Origin: Octopus vulgaris
Taxonomy: Eukaryota
DNA length: 64,000 nucleotides
Reading direction: 5' to 3'
Assembly: GCA_951406725.2 (NCBI GenBank)
Contig: OX597814.1
Coordinates: 99,200,001-99,264,000 of the forward strand
Shown here: one piece after another, positions 1 through 13,565 of the stretch
Layout: each line of letters begins with the position of its first letter
How positions within the stretch are numbered: the first letter of the stretch is position 1
Made by a program: the position numbers and the translations under genes
The notes under the pieces: model-generated
Databases searched by the model: none
Told to the model about the DNA's origin: nothing
What the model saw: only the letters and a program-made list of their open reading frames with translations

Positions 1-37
1 ATAAAACTACTGAATAATAATAATAATAATCATAATC

Positions 38-75
<38 letters not shown>
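1..75 (+). mobile_element. 3' terminus and (AAT)n tail of an R4/Dong-like LINE (body lies left of the window)
   Basis: ATAAAACTACTG followed by (AAT)n is identical to the end of the LINE at 42134-42145. Confidence 0.7.
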
Positions 76-128
<53 letters not shown>

Positions 129-302
129 ATATATATATTATATATATATGGCAAAAGGTTTGGAAAAGATATGAAGATTAAAATGTTAGTATTAAATGTT
201 CAAATATATACGTTGTATATACTTGAATCGCTGTATATAATTTGTGGAGCATAACAATTTCAATTTTTTTTAAATGTTCAGAACTTTTGGCCACATCTGT
301 AA

Positions 303-303
<1 letters not shown>

Positions 304-383
<80 letters not shown>

Positions 384-439
384 CTTACCTGTCTGTCTGT
401 CTGTCTGTCTCTGTGTGTCTGTCTGTGTGTCTGTCTGTG

Positions 440-473
<34 letters not shown>

Positions 474-531
474 TCTATCTATCCATCTACCTACCTACCT
501 GTCTGTCTGTCTGTCTTTCTGTGTGTCTGTG

Positions 532-608
<77 letters not shown>

Positions 609-741
609 GTGTGTGTATATAAAAACATATGTGTATATATATATATATATATATACATATATAAAAAGAGATAGATAAATAAATAGATACGTAGATAATG
701 TGGTTTTGAGTATGTGGTGTATATATATATGTGTGTGTATG

Positions 742-776
<35 letters not shown>

Positions 777-842
777 AAACCACACTACATACATCTATCT
801 ACCTATCTAAGGTAGATAGATAAATATATGTAGGGTGGTTTT

Positions 843-930
<88 letters not shown>
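304..930. repeat. Compound microsatellites (TCTA)n/(TCTG)n/(TA)n/(TG)n
   Basis: Directly visible; source of the LSIY/VCLS ORFs. Confidence 0.98.
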
Positions 931-932
<2 letters not shown>

Positions 933-1285
933 ACGTATGTATAAGTAAGCATGTAAGCTTGTATATGTATGTATATATATACATATTTTCATAAATAAAT
1001 TTTTCTGTCGGAATGCATTGAGAGCAAAGATCACTTTGGCTATGTGTTAATCTGAAAAAGTAGCAGGACAAAACACCTGTTTTAATTGCGGCTTTAATAC
1101 TGTCATTGATGTCGGTCCGATTTGAAGGAACACTTTCCCATAGAAACGGCAGTCAAGTGAGCTGTGCGCTACGGGGGACCAGAAGCGATGAAAAGATTCT
1201 TTTGCCAGCTGAACCGACACATATCACATACACACATACACATACGCTTATAAACATGTTCACATGCACGCACGAAAGCGCGGGT

Positions 1286-1325
<40 letters not shown>

Positions 1326-1379
1326 ACACACACAATACAGAGACACACACACACAGAGACACACACACACACAGACGCA

Positions 1380-1429
<50 letters not shown>

Positions 1430-1550
1430 CACAAACAAGCAAACACATATGCGTGGATATACCTGCAAAAATAGGAAGTTTCGTATATATTTGTTTTTAA
1501 TCTTGGCACAAAGCCAGCAAGTTCACGATGGTGGTGGTGGTGGTGGTGGT

Positions 1551-1701
1551 GGGGAGATGGGTAAGTCGATTGTATCGCCCTCAAAAATGAAAATGAAAGA
1601 CAAAGTTGACCACGGCGGAATTTGAACTCAGAACGTATCGACGGACGAAATGTCGCTAAGCATTTTGCCTACTGAGCAAACGATTCTGCCAGCTTGCGAC
1701 C
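1551..1701 (-). mobile_element. SINE family B, diverged copy
   Basis: Reverse complement matches the 10225 copy (GCTGGCAGAA A-box-like, GAGTTCAAATTCC B-box-like). Confidence 0.8.
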
Positions 1702-1723
1702 TAAAGCATCCTATATATTTGCA

Positions 1724-1878
1724 GGCGGCGAGCCAGCAGAATCGTTGGCACGCCGGACAAAATGCTTAGCAGCAATTCGTCCGTCTTCATGTTCTGAGTT
1801 GAGTACGGGAGTCGATGTAATCGACTATCTCCCTCCCCACAAATTTCAGGTCTTGGGCCTAAAATAGAAGGTTTATTA
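1724..1878 (+). mobile_element. SINE family B, internally deleted copy
   Basis: GGCGGCGAGCCAGCAGAATCG head and GTCGATGTAATCGAC block as in the 10225 copy. Confidence 0.8.
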
Positions 1879-1931
1879 GTAGTGCTTTACTCAACACACC
1901 AGCAGACTAAATGACATTATACATACATACA

Positions 1932-1977
<46 letters not shown>

Positions 1978-2129
1978 TATATATATATAGATAGATAGAT
2001 AGATAGATACGCTAAGTTACGAGGACATAAACAAACCAACACCGATAACAAGCTGTGAGCGTGAAAAAACACGCATACATATCCACCAATAAGGTGTTGA
2101 GCTTACATTCTTATTGTTCGACATTTACG

Positions 2130-2916
<787 letters not shown>

Positions 2917-3089
2917 GATGGACTCTCCTGCCGAAGACGGCGTATGAATGTTCAGATTTTGCAGAACGACCTGCAAAAATGATTTGTTTATACTGAGCAA
3001 ATGCCTTTCTCTCACATTAGCTCACTCCCGCCATTAAATCGACGTTGTTTGAGTATGTGCACGGTACACTACGCATCAGGTACCTAGTG

Positions 3090-3198
3090 ATCGCCGTGTT
3101 TTACTCAAGACCACAACTCACCACCCATTCTAGGAATTGAAACCAGGATCGTTAGATCTTGAGTCAACACACCCTTAAAAGTAAAACCATGCGCCCTC
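3090..3198 (-). mobile_element. Decayed tRNA-like SINE head (family C/D type)
   Basis: Reverse complement GAGGGCGCATGG...GGTTTCAATTCCTAG...GTTGTGGTCTTGAGTAAAACAC resembles the heads at 7385 and 31092. Confidence 0.55.
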
Positions 3199-3201
3199 AT
3201 A

Positions 3202-3237
<36 letters not shown>

Positions 3238-3354
3238 TATGAGGGGACATGGTTTTACTTAGCCAATAAAACGTACTATATATATATATATATTATATAA
3301 AATCCGTTCTGCGCGCGTGTGTGTGTGTGTTTTTATTTTTATTTTCCGTCTCTG

Positions 3355-3430
<76 letters not shown>

Positions 3431-3974
3431 GTTATTGTTGGTATCATTATTTTTCCCGTTCACAAATTGGTTTGTAAATTACCCGATTTCCCTTATTGCT
3501 CCATCTGTGTTCTCTTATTGAATCTTATTTTATTTTTATTTTATTTTATTTATATCTCATTTTACTTCATCTTATTAAAAACCTTTTTATGTCCTTCAAA
3601 ATATTTAAAAATTTAATTTTTATTATAATTCTTAATTTAAATTTTTTATTTTCAATTATAATTATAATCACTATGATAAAAATTTTTCTTACATCATTTT
3701 TGTATTGCTTTTCGAAAGGTACGTATGCATTGAATGCAGTTTTATAATGAATCTGTTTCTGTTTCATCTTTTCTCCATTTAATTATACTTGTTTATGGTA
3801 TATTCTTATCCCTAAAACGGATCTCCTCAAACATTATTTTCATATTCTTATTACCTGTTTTGGCTGATTTTCATGAACTCCTCGTTAGAAATCACCTTTT
3901 CTCTGTTTGGATCCCCTACAAAAAAATTGAATTGTTCTTTTTGAACTTACCTCTTCTCATATATACACACATAT

Positions 3975-4340
3975 ATTCTTTTATTCTTTGATTGCGGTCT
4001 TGCTAGAGCATCGCCTTAAGTCGAACAAATCCACCTCAGGACTTATTCTTTGTAAGCTTAGTACTTCTCCTAGAGGTCTGTTTTGCTGAACCGCTAAGTT
4101 ACGGAGACATAAATACACCAATATTGGTTGTCAAACGATGGTAGGGGGACAAAGACAGACACATATGCATATATATATATATACGATGAGCTTCTTTCAC
4201 TTTCCTTCTACCAAATACATTCACAAGGCTTTGATTGGCCTGGCGCTATAGAAGAAGACACTTGCCCAATGTGTCACGCAGTGGAACTGAACCCAGAACT
4301 ATGTGGTTGGGAACCAATCTTCTTACCCATCAGCCACAAA
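3975..4340 (-). mobile_element. SINE family A, diverged near-full copy
   Basis: Colinear with the 16468-16870 copy. Confidence 0.85.
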
Positions 4341-4352
4341 CACACACATGCA

Positions 4353-4396
<44 letters not shown>

Positions 4397-4401
4397 TAAA
4401 T

Positions 4402-4455
<54 letters not shown>

Positions 4456-5239
4456 GTACATACACACACATGAAATACAGATCGTAAAACGGTGAGGTTC
4501 ACTTTTGTCTTACATACACACATACATAAACATACATACACACATACATACATACATATACATACTTAAAATACAGATCATAAAACAGTGATGTGCACTT
4601 TTGTCTTAAGTTGGTTTAAAGATGGAACGATATTAAAATCAACGATTGTATTGAAATGAGAAGCGGTGTCATATATCAAGTTCCCGTCAGGTGTTTTAGT
4701 TTGCATTCATGAAAATAGTTGAAAATGATGTGAAATAGATAGCTAAATGGGTTGTGAAAAGAACAGTGCTTGTTAGTGAGAGTATTGTTGAGATCTTTCT
4801 TAACAGATTATGTGAGGAATTCACGAAACATAATTATACCCACAGAAATTACACGAATTGCTGTTAATGTGCCAGCTTTAGCGTCGCGATGTGAGCTTAT
4901 ATAAGCCTTCTAAAGACAACTTTCTTTTAAAGTAGAATGAATGATTTTGGACAGAGAAAAGATGTCCACGAAGGATGATAAAAGACGTGCTTCACTACGA
5001 GATGTGTTGCAAACACATCAAGGGGCACGCATAGTACCAACCTTGTGGAGCAAGCAAAGAATTCTTGGAAGGAATTTCTGTAGAAACTGTCACAATATCT
5101 TTCAAAAGACCATGGCATTTGTTGAGGCAAAACAAAATAAGAAAGGGGAAAAAGAAAATCCTGATCATGAAGTAGGAATTGCTGTAATTTCGATCCATAA
5201 GCGGACCACTTTATGCTAAAGTGTATCTTTTATCTTTTA

Positions 5240-5339
5240 CCGGTTGTCAAGCAGTGGTGGTGGGGACAAACACAGGCAACAAAACACACACACACGCACA
5301 CGCATATCAGTAATATATATTTTTACCGTTATTAATATC

Positions 5340-5395
<56 letters not shown>

Positions 5396-5550
5396 AAAGG
5401 CTTCTTTCAGTTTCCGCCTACCAAATCCACTCATAAGGATTTATTCGGCCCGAGGCTAGAGTAGAAGATACCTGCCCAAGGTGCTACGCAGTGAGATTGG
5501 GCCCGGAAACATATGCTTGGGAAGCAGGCTTCTTACCATGCAACCACGTT
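5240..5550 (-). mobile_element. SINE family A, 5' two-thirds
   Basis: GGCTTCTTTCAGTTTCCGCCTACCAAATCCACTCA...TGCCCAAGGTGC shared with other copies. Confidence 0.85.
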
Positions 5551-7140
5551 TGAAGAAACATTATGAAAGATTTGAAAATGATATCATATAAACATTTATT
5601 GTCAATAAAATAACAAATTTTAACCATAATTGATCTTGGAGTTTAAATTTATAAAATACATGTGAGTTAATATTTTGAAATTACATTAAGGTATCTAAGA
5701 ATTAAAGTTTTAATCGTCAATAAAATAACTTTCAAGTAACCTTTATTTTAATTGTTGTTCAGCAATAAGGCCAATATGTGTATATTTAATAAACTGCTAT
5801 TATCCATCATTAATCTGACATTACGTTCAAAGTGTAAGGTGTATGTAACGGTAATCTTTCTCTGAAATCAGAATTACATCAACCACACATGAAACATGCG
5901 AATCTTGCACATTAACTAAATGTTATGATAGATACAGGCATTATTTTTTGCTACACCCATTAGCCATAAATGGTTATATTAATGTATATTCGTAATCTAT
6001 TGCGCCACCATGAAATTTTGCAGATGACACACGTATGCCAAAGTTTTCTGCCCGGCTGCCGGAGTTCAGCGGCGTTTCGGTTAGTCTTTACAGCCAGACT
6101 ATCAGCTATTGGAAACAAGTTTTGTAGCATTAAAATAATAATGATACGTAATTTGTATTACTTTCTTATCATTTGATATTAAACAGTATTAATGCGATAA
6201 ATATATTCACCAAACATGCCTTTCCGCTGGAAATATTTATGGCAAGTAGTATACATCGATTTTCGGAATGCCTTTCCTAGAGTGAATCGCTTTGCGATAT
6301 ATTTCATATTTCATTTTTGTCGTCTAAAAAGATCCCCTATTTTTGGAAAGATTTTTTCCTGTTTAAAATGTCGACTTGAGCGTTTGATTTTATATGTTTG
6401 GAATTGTTGTTATATTTGATATTATTTTTGTCTGCATTGCTACCACCTTCTACAAGACTGCAATGATCCAGGTCGAAGCTTACTACCACACTGTTTTATA
6501 TGTGTATGAGTATTTGTGTGTATATTATACATATATGCATACATTCATGCATACATATATATCACCCACAAAGCAAGAATCAGAAACACTAAAATAAATT
6601 TATATAAAGTCTTAGCTGTGAACACTTATTATACTAATGTGTACAATCTGTCTATAGCTTCGATATGTTCACAAAGAAGTTGGGAGATTTCAGACGGAGA
6701 GGTTTCGCAGTTTCCTTGCCGTAACATTACTGAATTAAAAAGATCACAGCATTTATTATAGAGGAGATGACTTGCGACTGTCGCAATTTGATATTAAGAT
6801 TTGGTTGTATAATTTGCATTATGTAACCAATAATCACCAATATTAATGAAACGGACGTAAGATGATGTTGCTAAATAGCTCACATGTTTTGTTTTCTTTT
6901 CTACATACATTTTGTTTAACACTAAAACCCTTTTGAAAAAGGATACAGTAATGCTGATTAATAATTCTTAGATTTTAATTTGTTTATGCATCTGGAATGA
7001 GACCATTTATAGATAATGAAATTAATTAAGAATTATTCTAATTAAGAGAGGTTCTTTTTAAACATATGATCTTTTGGTTTACTTGACAATGCTGTATAAA
7101 TCACATTTATACTGATATTGTGATAATAAATAGATAAATG

Positions 7141-7385
7141 CGCCCTTTTAAGGCCTAGTCAGGCTCATGGACCCGGTTTCTTGGTTTCTATGGCGTATGT
7201 GTTCCCCAGCTAGACGGGACACCAGTCCATCGTAGCGTTACTCATTTTTGCCAGCTGAGTGGACTGGAGCAACGTGAAATGAAGTGTTTTGCTCAAGAAC
7301 ACAACGCGTCACCCGGTCCAGGAATCGAAAACACAATCTTACGATCATGGTGCTGACATCCTAACCACTAAGCCACGCGCCTCCA
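7141..7385 (-). mobile_element. SINE family D (tRNA head plus CORE-like central domain)
   Basis: Reverse complement GGAGGCGCGTGGCTTAGTGGTTAG (A box)...TTCGATTCC (B box)...GTGTTCTTGAGCAAAACAC...GCTCCAGTCCACTCAGCTGGCAAA; the CORE label is from memory. Confidence 0.85.
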
Positions 7386-7855
7386 CCTGATATTGTGATA
7401 CAAACCAAATATTATGACTGTACCAAAATAAAAGATTAAATACCGACGACACCTATTTTACTGATAACGTGTGTGAGATGTATTTTCCTGAAAGTTTACT
7501 AATGATAGACGTTCATCTGGCACAAATCATACATACTTGAACAGCTATTTTATTTCTATTTCTCCTTTTCGAACGCAAAGTTGTTAATGAAATCGTAGAA
7601 GAGTAAAGCTGTGAATAAAACAGATTTAACAAAAATATGTATGTAAGATTGTCACAAAATGCATAATGACAGACACATTGATGGAGATATAATTGAGTAT
7701 ATACCTATTCAATTGCATGGGTGATATTTTTTTGCCAAACTGTATATGACCTACTTCCTTTTATGTAGTATTAAATTAAATTAGTAATCTGATGAAAACA
7801 GTGATATATCGTTGGAAGTTGATTATTATAAATTGTGAGACGCGTACATAAAAGC

Positions 7856-7892
<37 letters not shown>

Positions 7893-8563
7893 AATATGTA
7901 TGTATATATATGTGTGTGTGTGTGTGTGGATATATATGTATGTGTGTATTTATATGTATGTATGCACACAAACACACACACACACACACACTTTTGTTTA
8001 ATATATTTATGTAATTCAGAGTTTTTGCTTGAAATTAAATAAAAAAAATGAGATTAAAATTATCGGCAAAGCAGCCACTTGTAACAAATGCAATACTGAT
8101 AAGTGAGCAGTCTAATGTAAAATGAAAAAGAGGTTCGACATTGTTACTAAGGATTAGAGAAAATAAGTATCAAGCAATCCATCATTCTTTAACAAGTATA
8201 GTGACATGTACCAATGCATAGCAAAAGAGGAAAACATTTAGATTATATGCTAGATTGTTGCCTTTCCAATACAATCAAAGCGTGTTAAAATTATAATGAG
8301 TTTATCACTTGATATTATTATCAACTAGTAAGTAGTATGTTTGTAGATTTTTATGACTTCTTCCGAGTTTGCACCTGTAGATCGACTTATAATTAGACAA
8401 CCGTGTCGCCACAACAGGATAGTAGGATATAAGAGAAGATCTTACAAAAAGAATGTTCCTTTTTTTTTTCATTTAGTCTTCCTTTGTGCTGTTATCAACA
8501 GGACGTCGTTACTGGTTTTTCTGTTCATATTGTTATTGTCAGTCATTGCTTTTAAATCAAACA

Positions 8564-8564
<1 letters not shown>

Positions 8565-8637
<73 letters not shown>

Positions 8638-8715
8638 TTATCTATTTATCTATCTATCTATCTGGCTATCTCTCAGTCTGTCTGTCTTTCTATCTTTCTA
8701 TCTATCTATCTATCC

Positions 8716-8779
<64 letters not shown>

Positions 8780-8967
8780 GTCTGTCTGTCTGTCTGTCTG
8801 CCTGTCTCTCTATCTATTTATCTATCAACCTATCCGTCTGGCTATCCATTTATTTATCCATCTGTCTGTCAGTCTGACGGTTTGTCTCCCTATCTACCTG
8901 TCTTTCTGTCTCTCTATCTATCTGTATCTCTCTCTCTTTCTGTATGTCTGCCTGACTGTCTGGCTTG

Positions 8968-9000
<33 letters not shown>

Positions 9001-9450
9001 TTTCTCTATCTTTCTATCTACATTTAAAATGTTGGAGGTTGTTGTTGGTACGGAATTATCCTCTAGTGTTATTGCTTTCATCGTTGATATCGTTATTGTG
9101 GCTGGAGTTGTTGTTACTGCTGTTGCTGTTGCCACTGTTGTTGGTACTGCTGCCGCTGGTGCTGTTGTTAATGTTATTGCAATTGCTGCTGCCGCTGCTG
9201 CCCTTGTGGCTCTTTGTACCTTTGCCGCAGCTCTTGTTACTGTTGTTGTTACTGCAACTATCGTTTGTCAGTTTACCAGTGTAGCAGTTTTGTAACCTGG
9301 ACTTCCAACTATGGAAGTAACTGTTCTCTTTTCATATGAGCAGAATGCCTTCTTTGTCGCTATTGTGGCTTGAACTGTTGTTGTTTTTGTTTAATATTGC
9401 TGCTGCTACAGTCGCTGCAGTAAAAGCAGTTGTTGCTGTTATTGTTGATT
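8565..9450. repeat. (TCTA)n/(TCTG)n/(TC)n followed by degenerate (GTT/GCT)n
   Basis: Directly visible; explains ORF 8486..9295. Confidence 0.9.
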
Positions 9451-9989
9451 GCGCTAGTAAAAACGAGCAAATTTAAGAACTTTTAACAACGGAAAACCTG
9501 TTTAGCAATGACATAGAATGGAATTTGGACTTTACAAGGGTGTAAAAGTAACTTTTAAGAGAGGAAATCTCATTACGACATCATCCATCAAACTTGATGT
9601 AGACACCACTGCAAAAGTTTGGATATAAAGGGCACATTTAAATATCCAGGTACAAACGAGGGAGATTCCAATATGCCAAATGAAGGAAAGCATCCGAAAA
9701 GTCTGTTACAGAAGAGTAAAGTTGGTCTTGAGAACTCCAAAAATCATAGTAAAGCTATCAGCAACTTAGCTGGATCTGATGTGAGATAAAGTTTATCGCC
9801 GTGCATTGAGGCAGATATCGACCGACTCAGCCTGCTAAGAAAAAAAAAGGTGGAAGAGGACTCATCAGTTATGAATTGCCATATGATACAACCATGATTG
9901 ACTTACATACATATATAAACAAGAACGGAGAGTGGATGACCATATTATTAAAACATCACAAAGACTAGAAGAGACATTATGGAAAGTAT

Positions 9990-10190
9990 GTTTGTCCACC
10001 ACTGACGTTCGACAACCGATGTAGGTGTAACGTCTGCGTAACTTAGTGGTTCAGTAGACGAGTGATAGAATAAGTGCAAAGCAGACGGGTGATAGAATAA
10101 TTACTCGCTCGATTGATTAGACAAAACATTTCTTCAAGATGGTGTTCCATTATGGCCGCAGTCAAATGAGTGAAACGAGTAAAAGATAAA
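9990..10190 (+). mobile_element. SINE family A, 3' half
   Basis: GACAACCGATG...ATGGCCGCAGTCAAATGAGTGAAACGAGTAAAAGA tail. Confidence 0.75.
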
Positions 10191-10224
10191 ATATAATGAA
10201 AGAGGCAGAGAAATGATAAAGAAA

Positions 10225-10620
10225 GGCGGCGAGCTGGCAGAAACGTTAGCACGCCGGGCGAAATGCGTGGCCGTATTTCGTCTGCCGTTACGTTGTGAGT
10301 TCAAATTCCGCCGAGGTTGACTTTACCTTTCATCCTTTCGGGGTCGATAAATTAAGTATCAGTTACGCACTGGGGTCGATATAATCGACTTAATCCGTTT
10401 GTCTGTCCTTGTTTGTCCCTTCTGTGTTTAGCCCCTTGTGGGTAGTAAAGAAATAGGTAGTTCGACTGCCGCTACGTTCTGAGATGAAATTCCGCCGAGG
10501 TCGATTTTGCCTTTCATCCTTTCTGGGTCGATTAAATAAGTAACAGTAACGCAATGGGGTCGATATAATCGACTTAACCCGTTTGTCTGTCCTTGTTTGT
10601 TCCCTCTGTGTATAGCTCCA
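10225..10620 (+). mobile_element. SINE family B, full copy plus tandem 5'-truncated second copy
   Basis: A/B-box head, then CTTTCATCCTTTCGGGGTCGATAAATTAAGTA central block present twice (about 10320 and 10510); the block resembles the Meta/MESC SINE domain (from memory). Confidence 0.88.
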
Positions 10621-11504
10621 CAGAATTCGAGCACAGTGAAAGCACCTTAAAACTCTGAAAGACAGATAGCAAAAGAAACATATTCTCGGTCAATCCTCAC
10701 TTCGCACCCAGGATGCTGATGTTCACCAACCACAAATCCATCAGTGGAAACAAAACGAAGGCATTTACCCTTTCTGCCTAAGACCAGAGCTTATTTAAAG
10801 CAACGACCAAGCAAACATCCTGAAAAATAGAGCGGACAAAAAACGCAGAATCTTTGAGGAACATGTTAAGACAATGAACCATATAGTTTCAGGGTGCTTT
10901 ATCTTGGCCCCAACTCAATGTTTAAGCTAGGCACTATTGAGCTGGCCTTTATATATTCATTAGATACTATGAAAACATTATGGTGTAGAACATGTTAAAA
11001 GCTGGTATTAACTCTATCTACAATCAATAATCGAAGGAAAATTAGAGATAATTTTTAAAAAAATATTTTACGGTCCTCAGAAACCCAACCATAAACGGCA
11101 ATCCACCTGATATTAGCGTTAAAGACTTTAAAAATGAGTCATGCCTGCTCATTTACATGTCTATTACTACCTGGCAAAAATGTACCTGCCAAAGACTATG
11201 ACGAATTTGCGAGCTACAAAGACATAGAAATCGAGATGAGCTGAAATTGGCAATTGAAGAAAAAACAACATTCAGTTGCATGTGTTTTCAATTGCCAATC
11301 TATGACATTCAGAAAATTCGTCTTCAACAGAACGGCACAAATTTTACATAAGGTTTTAGCTTTGTAATACCAAATAATTGATTCTAAATTCCTTTAGAAA
11401 TCCTTTCGTTTTATACCTAGTTATTTAAATAGATGTTTGATAGAATGATAATAAGGATAATAATAGATGTTTGATAAAAGGATAATAAGGATAATAATAA
11501 TGAT

Positions 11505-11640
11505 TCTTTCTAATAGAGGCACAAAGCCTGAAATGTTAAGGAGGGGATGGTTCACTTTATCGACCCAGTACTCAACTGGTACTTATTTCATAAACCCCGA
11601 AAGGATGAAAGACAAAGTCGACCTCGGCGGAGGTTGACTT
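11505..11640 (-). mobile_element. SINE family B, partial
   Basis: CCCCGAAAGGATGAAAGACAAAGTCGACCTCGGCGGA. Confidence 0.8.
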
Positions 11641-11662
11641 GGCTTTTCATCTCTTCGGGTTC

Positions 11663-11948
<286 letters not shown>

Positions 11949-12440
11949 TGCATTTAGAGTGACTTCATATTAGGATTAAGAAAATGCTCTTTCAACGTAT
12001 TAAAGATGATAAACATGAGTATAAAGAAGAAAAAGAAACAAAACAAAAACAGAGGCAGGGAGACAAGAAATTCGATATTCAATAAGGTTAGCTTAAGTAC
12101 AAAGGTGTATCAGATTTCAATTTCAAATGTTCGTATAGGTGCGGCATCTTGAATTCATCGGTACACAGCGTCGCATTTTTTTTCTCTCTCTTGAAAAAAA
12201 TATATTGTAGTTCTATATTGTAGGATACGCAACAGAGGAGATAGGGTATGAAGTAAATGTGAGGTGCGTATATAGAGAAGTATAATTTAATAATAAATAT
12301 TATCAACTACATTAATGGATAAATCAGTTCTGAGGACATAAAAAAAGAAAATACATAAACTTTTGATCTTTTCTTTCAAAAACGTCGCGACAAATAGGAA
12401 ACACACACGTATGTGTTCATATATGTATGCTATCCACCCA

Positions 12441-12444
<4 letters not shown>

Positions 12445-12478
<34 letters not shown>

Positions 12479-12485
12479 ATATATA

Positions 12486-12528
<43 letters not shown>

Positions 12529-12588
12529 ATCTATCTATCTATCTATCTCTCTCTCTCTATATATATATACATATACATATATAGACAT

Positions 12589-12646
<58 letters not shown>

Positions 12647-12657
12647 GTATATATACG

Positions 12658-12751
<94 letters not shown>

Positions 12752-12836
12752 ATATATATATACATATATATATATATGTATATATGTATATATATGTATG
12801 TTTGTATATATGTATATATGTATATATATGTATATA

Positions 12837-12900
<64 letters not shown>
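12445..12900. repeat. Long compound (TA)n/(CA)n tract
   Basis: Directly visible. Confidence 0.98.
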
Positions 12901-12902
<2 letters not shown>

Positions 12903-13565
12903 GTGTTCGGGCTAAAATTAAGGATCTTTATGTCTCCTTTTTTCAAAAACACCTTGATGTATTGGTGAACAGTCAACGGCGTTGGAGAGCATAAAGATAA
13001 ATGGTGTAGTTGAAAGAAAAACTTAGTTGAACATGGAGTTACTTGCATCACGATGCTTCACTCCGGGTATCCAAATGCCAACATCACAATTGCTGATCAA
13101 TGTCCTGTGAATGCTATAAAAGCTGTAAGACGTGACATGGGCAGCTGAAACGGAGACTACAAAACCGTGGTGAGCAGGAATTTACACGACATGCATTCTG
13201 ACTGCATCCGAATGTCCTGCAACTTTGAGGAGTGCCTTAGGCTTAATTCAGACGGCTATGAGAAGCTATTCCCAAGCTGTAGTCAAAACCTGGCTGGAGA
13301 GAGTTGCTACTGGAAGGTCATATGTCTGGTAGCTGGATTCAGCTCCTTTCCACAACTCCGGAAAGTACCAGAAGCAATTTTTGGCCTAATCTCCCAATTG
13401 CATGCATTTATATGTGTGGGTTGTAGTTGAGAAAGACACAAATACGTCAGCTTACAATATCAAAGCCGAGCGCTCGTTACTACGATCCAGGGGAGTTGTT
13501 CGAAAATCTTCCCAAGGACACAAAGAAGACTGTATTGTCAGGTTTCGGAGCAGACTTGATGCCAT
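12901..13565 (+). mobile_element. Deleted maT/DD37D-like Tc1-mariner transposon remnant
   Basis: Starts CAGTGTTCGG; remnants RLNSDGY, VVKTWLERVATGRSYVW*LDSAPFH, YVWVVVEKDTN, RFRSRL. Confidence 0.7.

Larger units (their letters stand above)
9455..11370 (+). pseudogene. Heavily decayed R4/Dong-like (RLE-type) non-LTR retrotransposon, interrupted by SINEs at about 9990-10620
   Basis: Ordered peptide remnants across frameshifts: FSNDI..EFGL..VKVTFKRG, YRRVKLVL, ADIDRL..GGRGLI, DQSL, TMNHIVSGC, PDISVKD..CLLI, YKDIEIE, TAQILHKVLAL*; these parallel the 41375-42145 copy. Confidence 0.8.

Noticed and set aside
6024-6079. Possible 56-bp exon (TTTTGCAG...GTTAGT)
   Set aside because: No recognisable peptide in any frame and no partner exons; splice-like signals are common by chance.
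8486-9295. 269-aa ORF with hydrophobic Ala/Val-rich tail
   Set aside because: Built from (TCTA)n and degenerate (GTT/GCT)n repeats.
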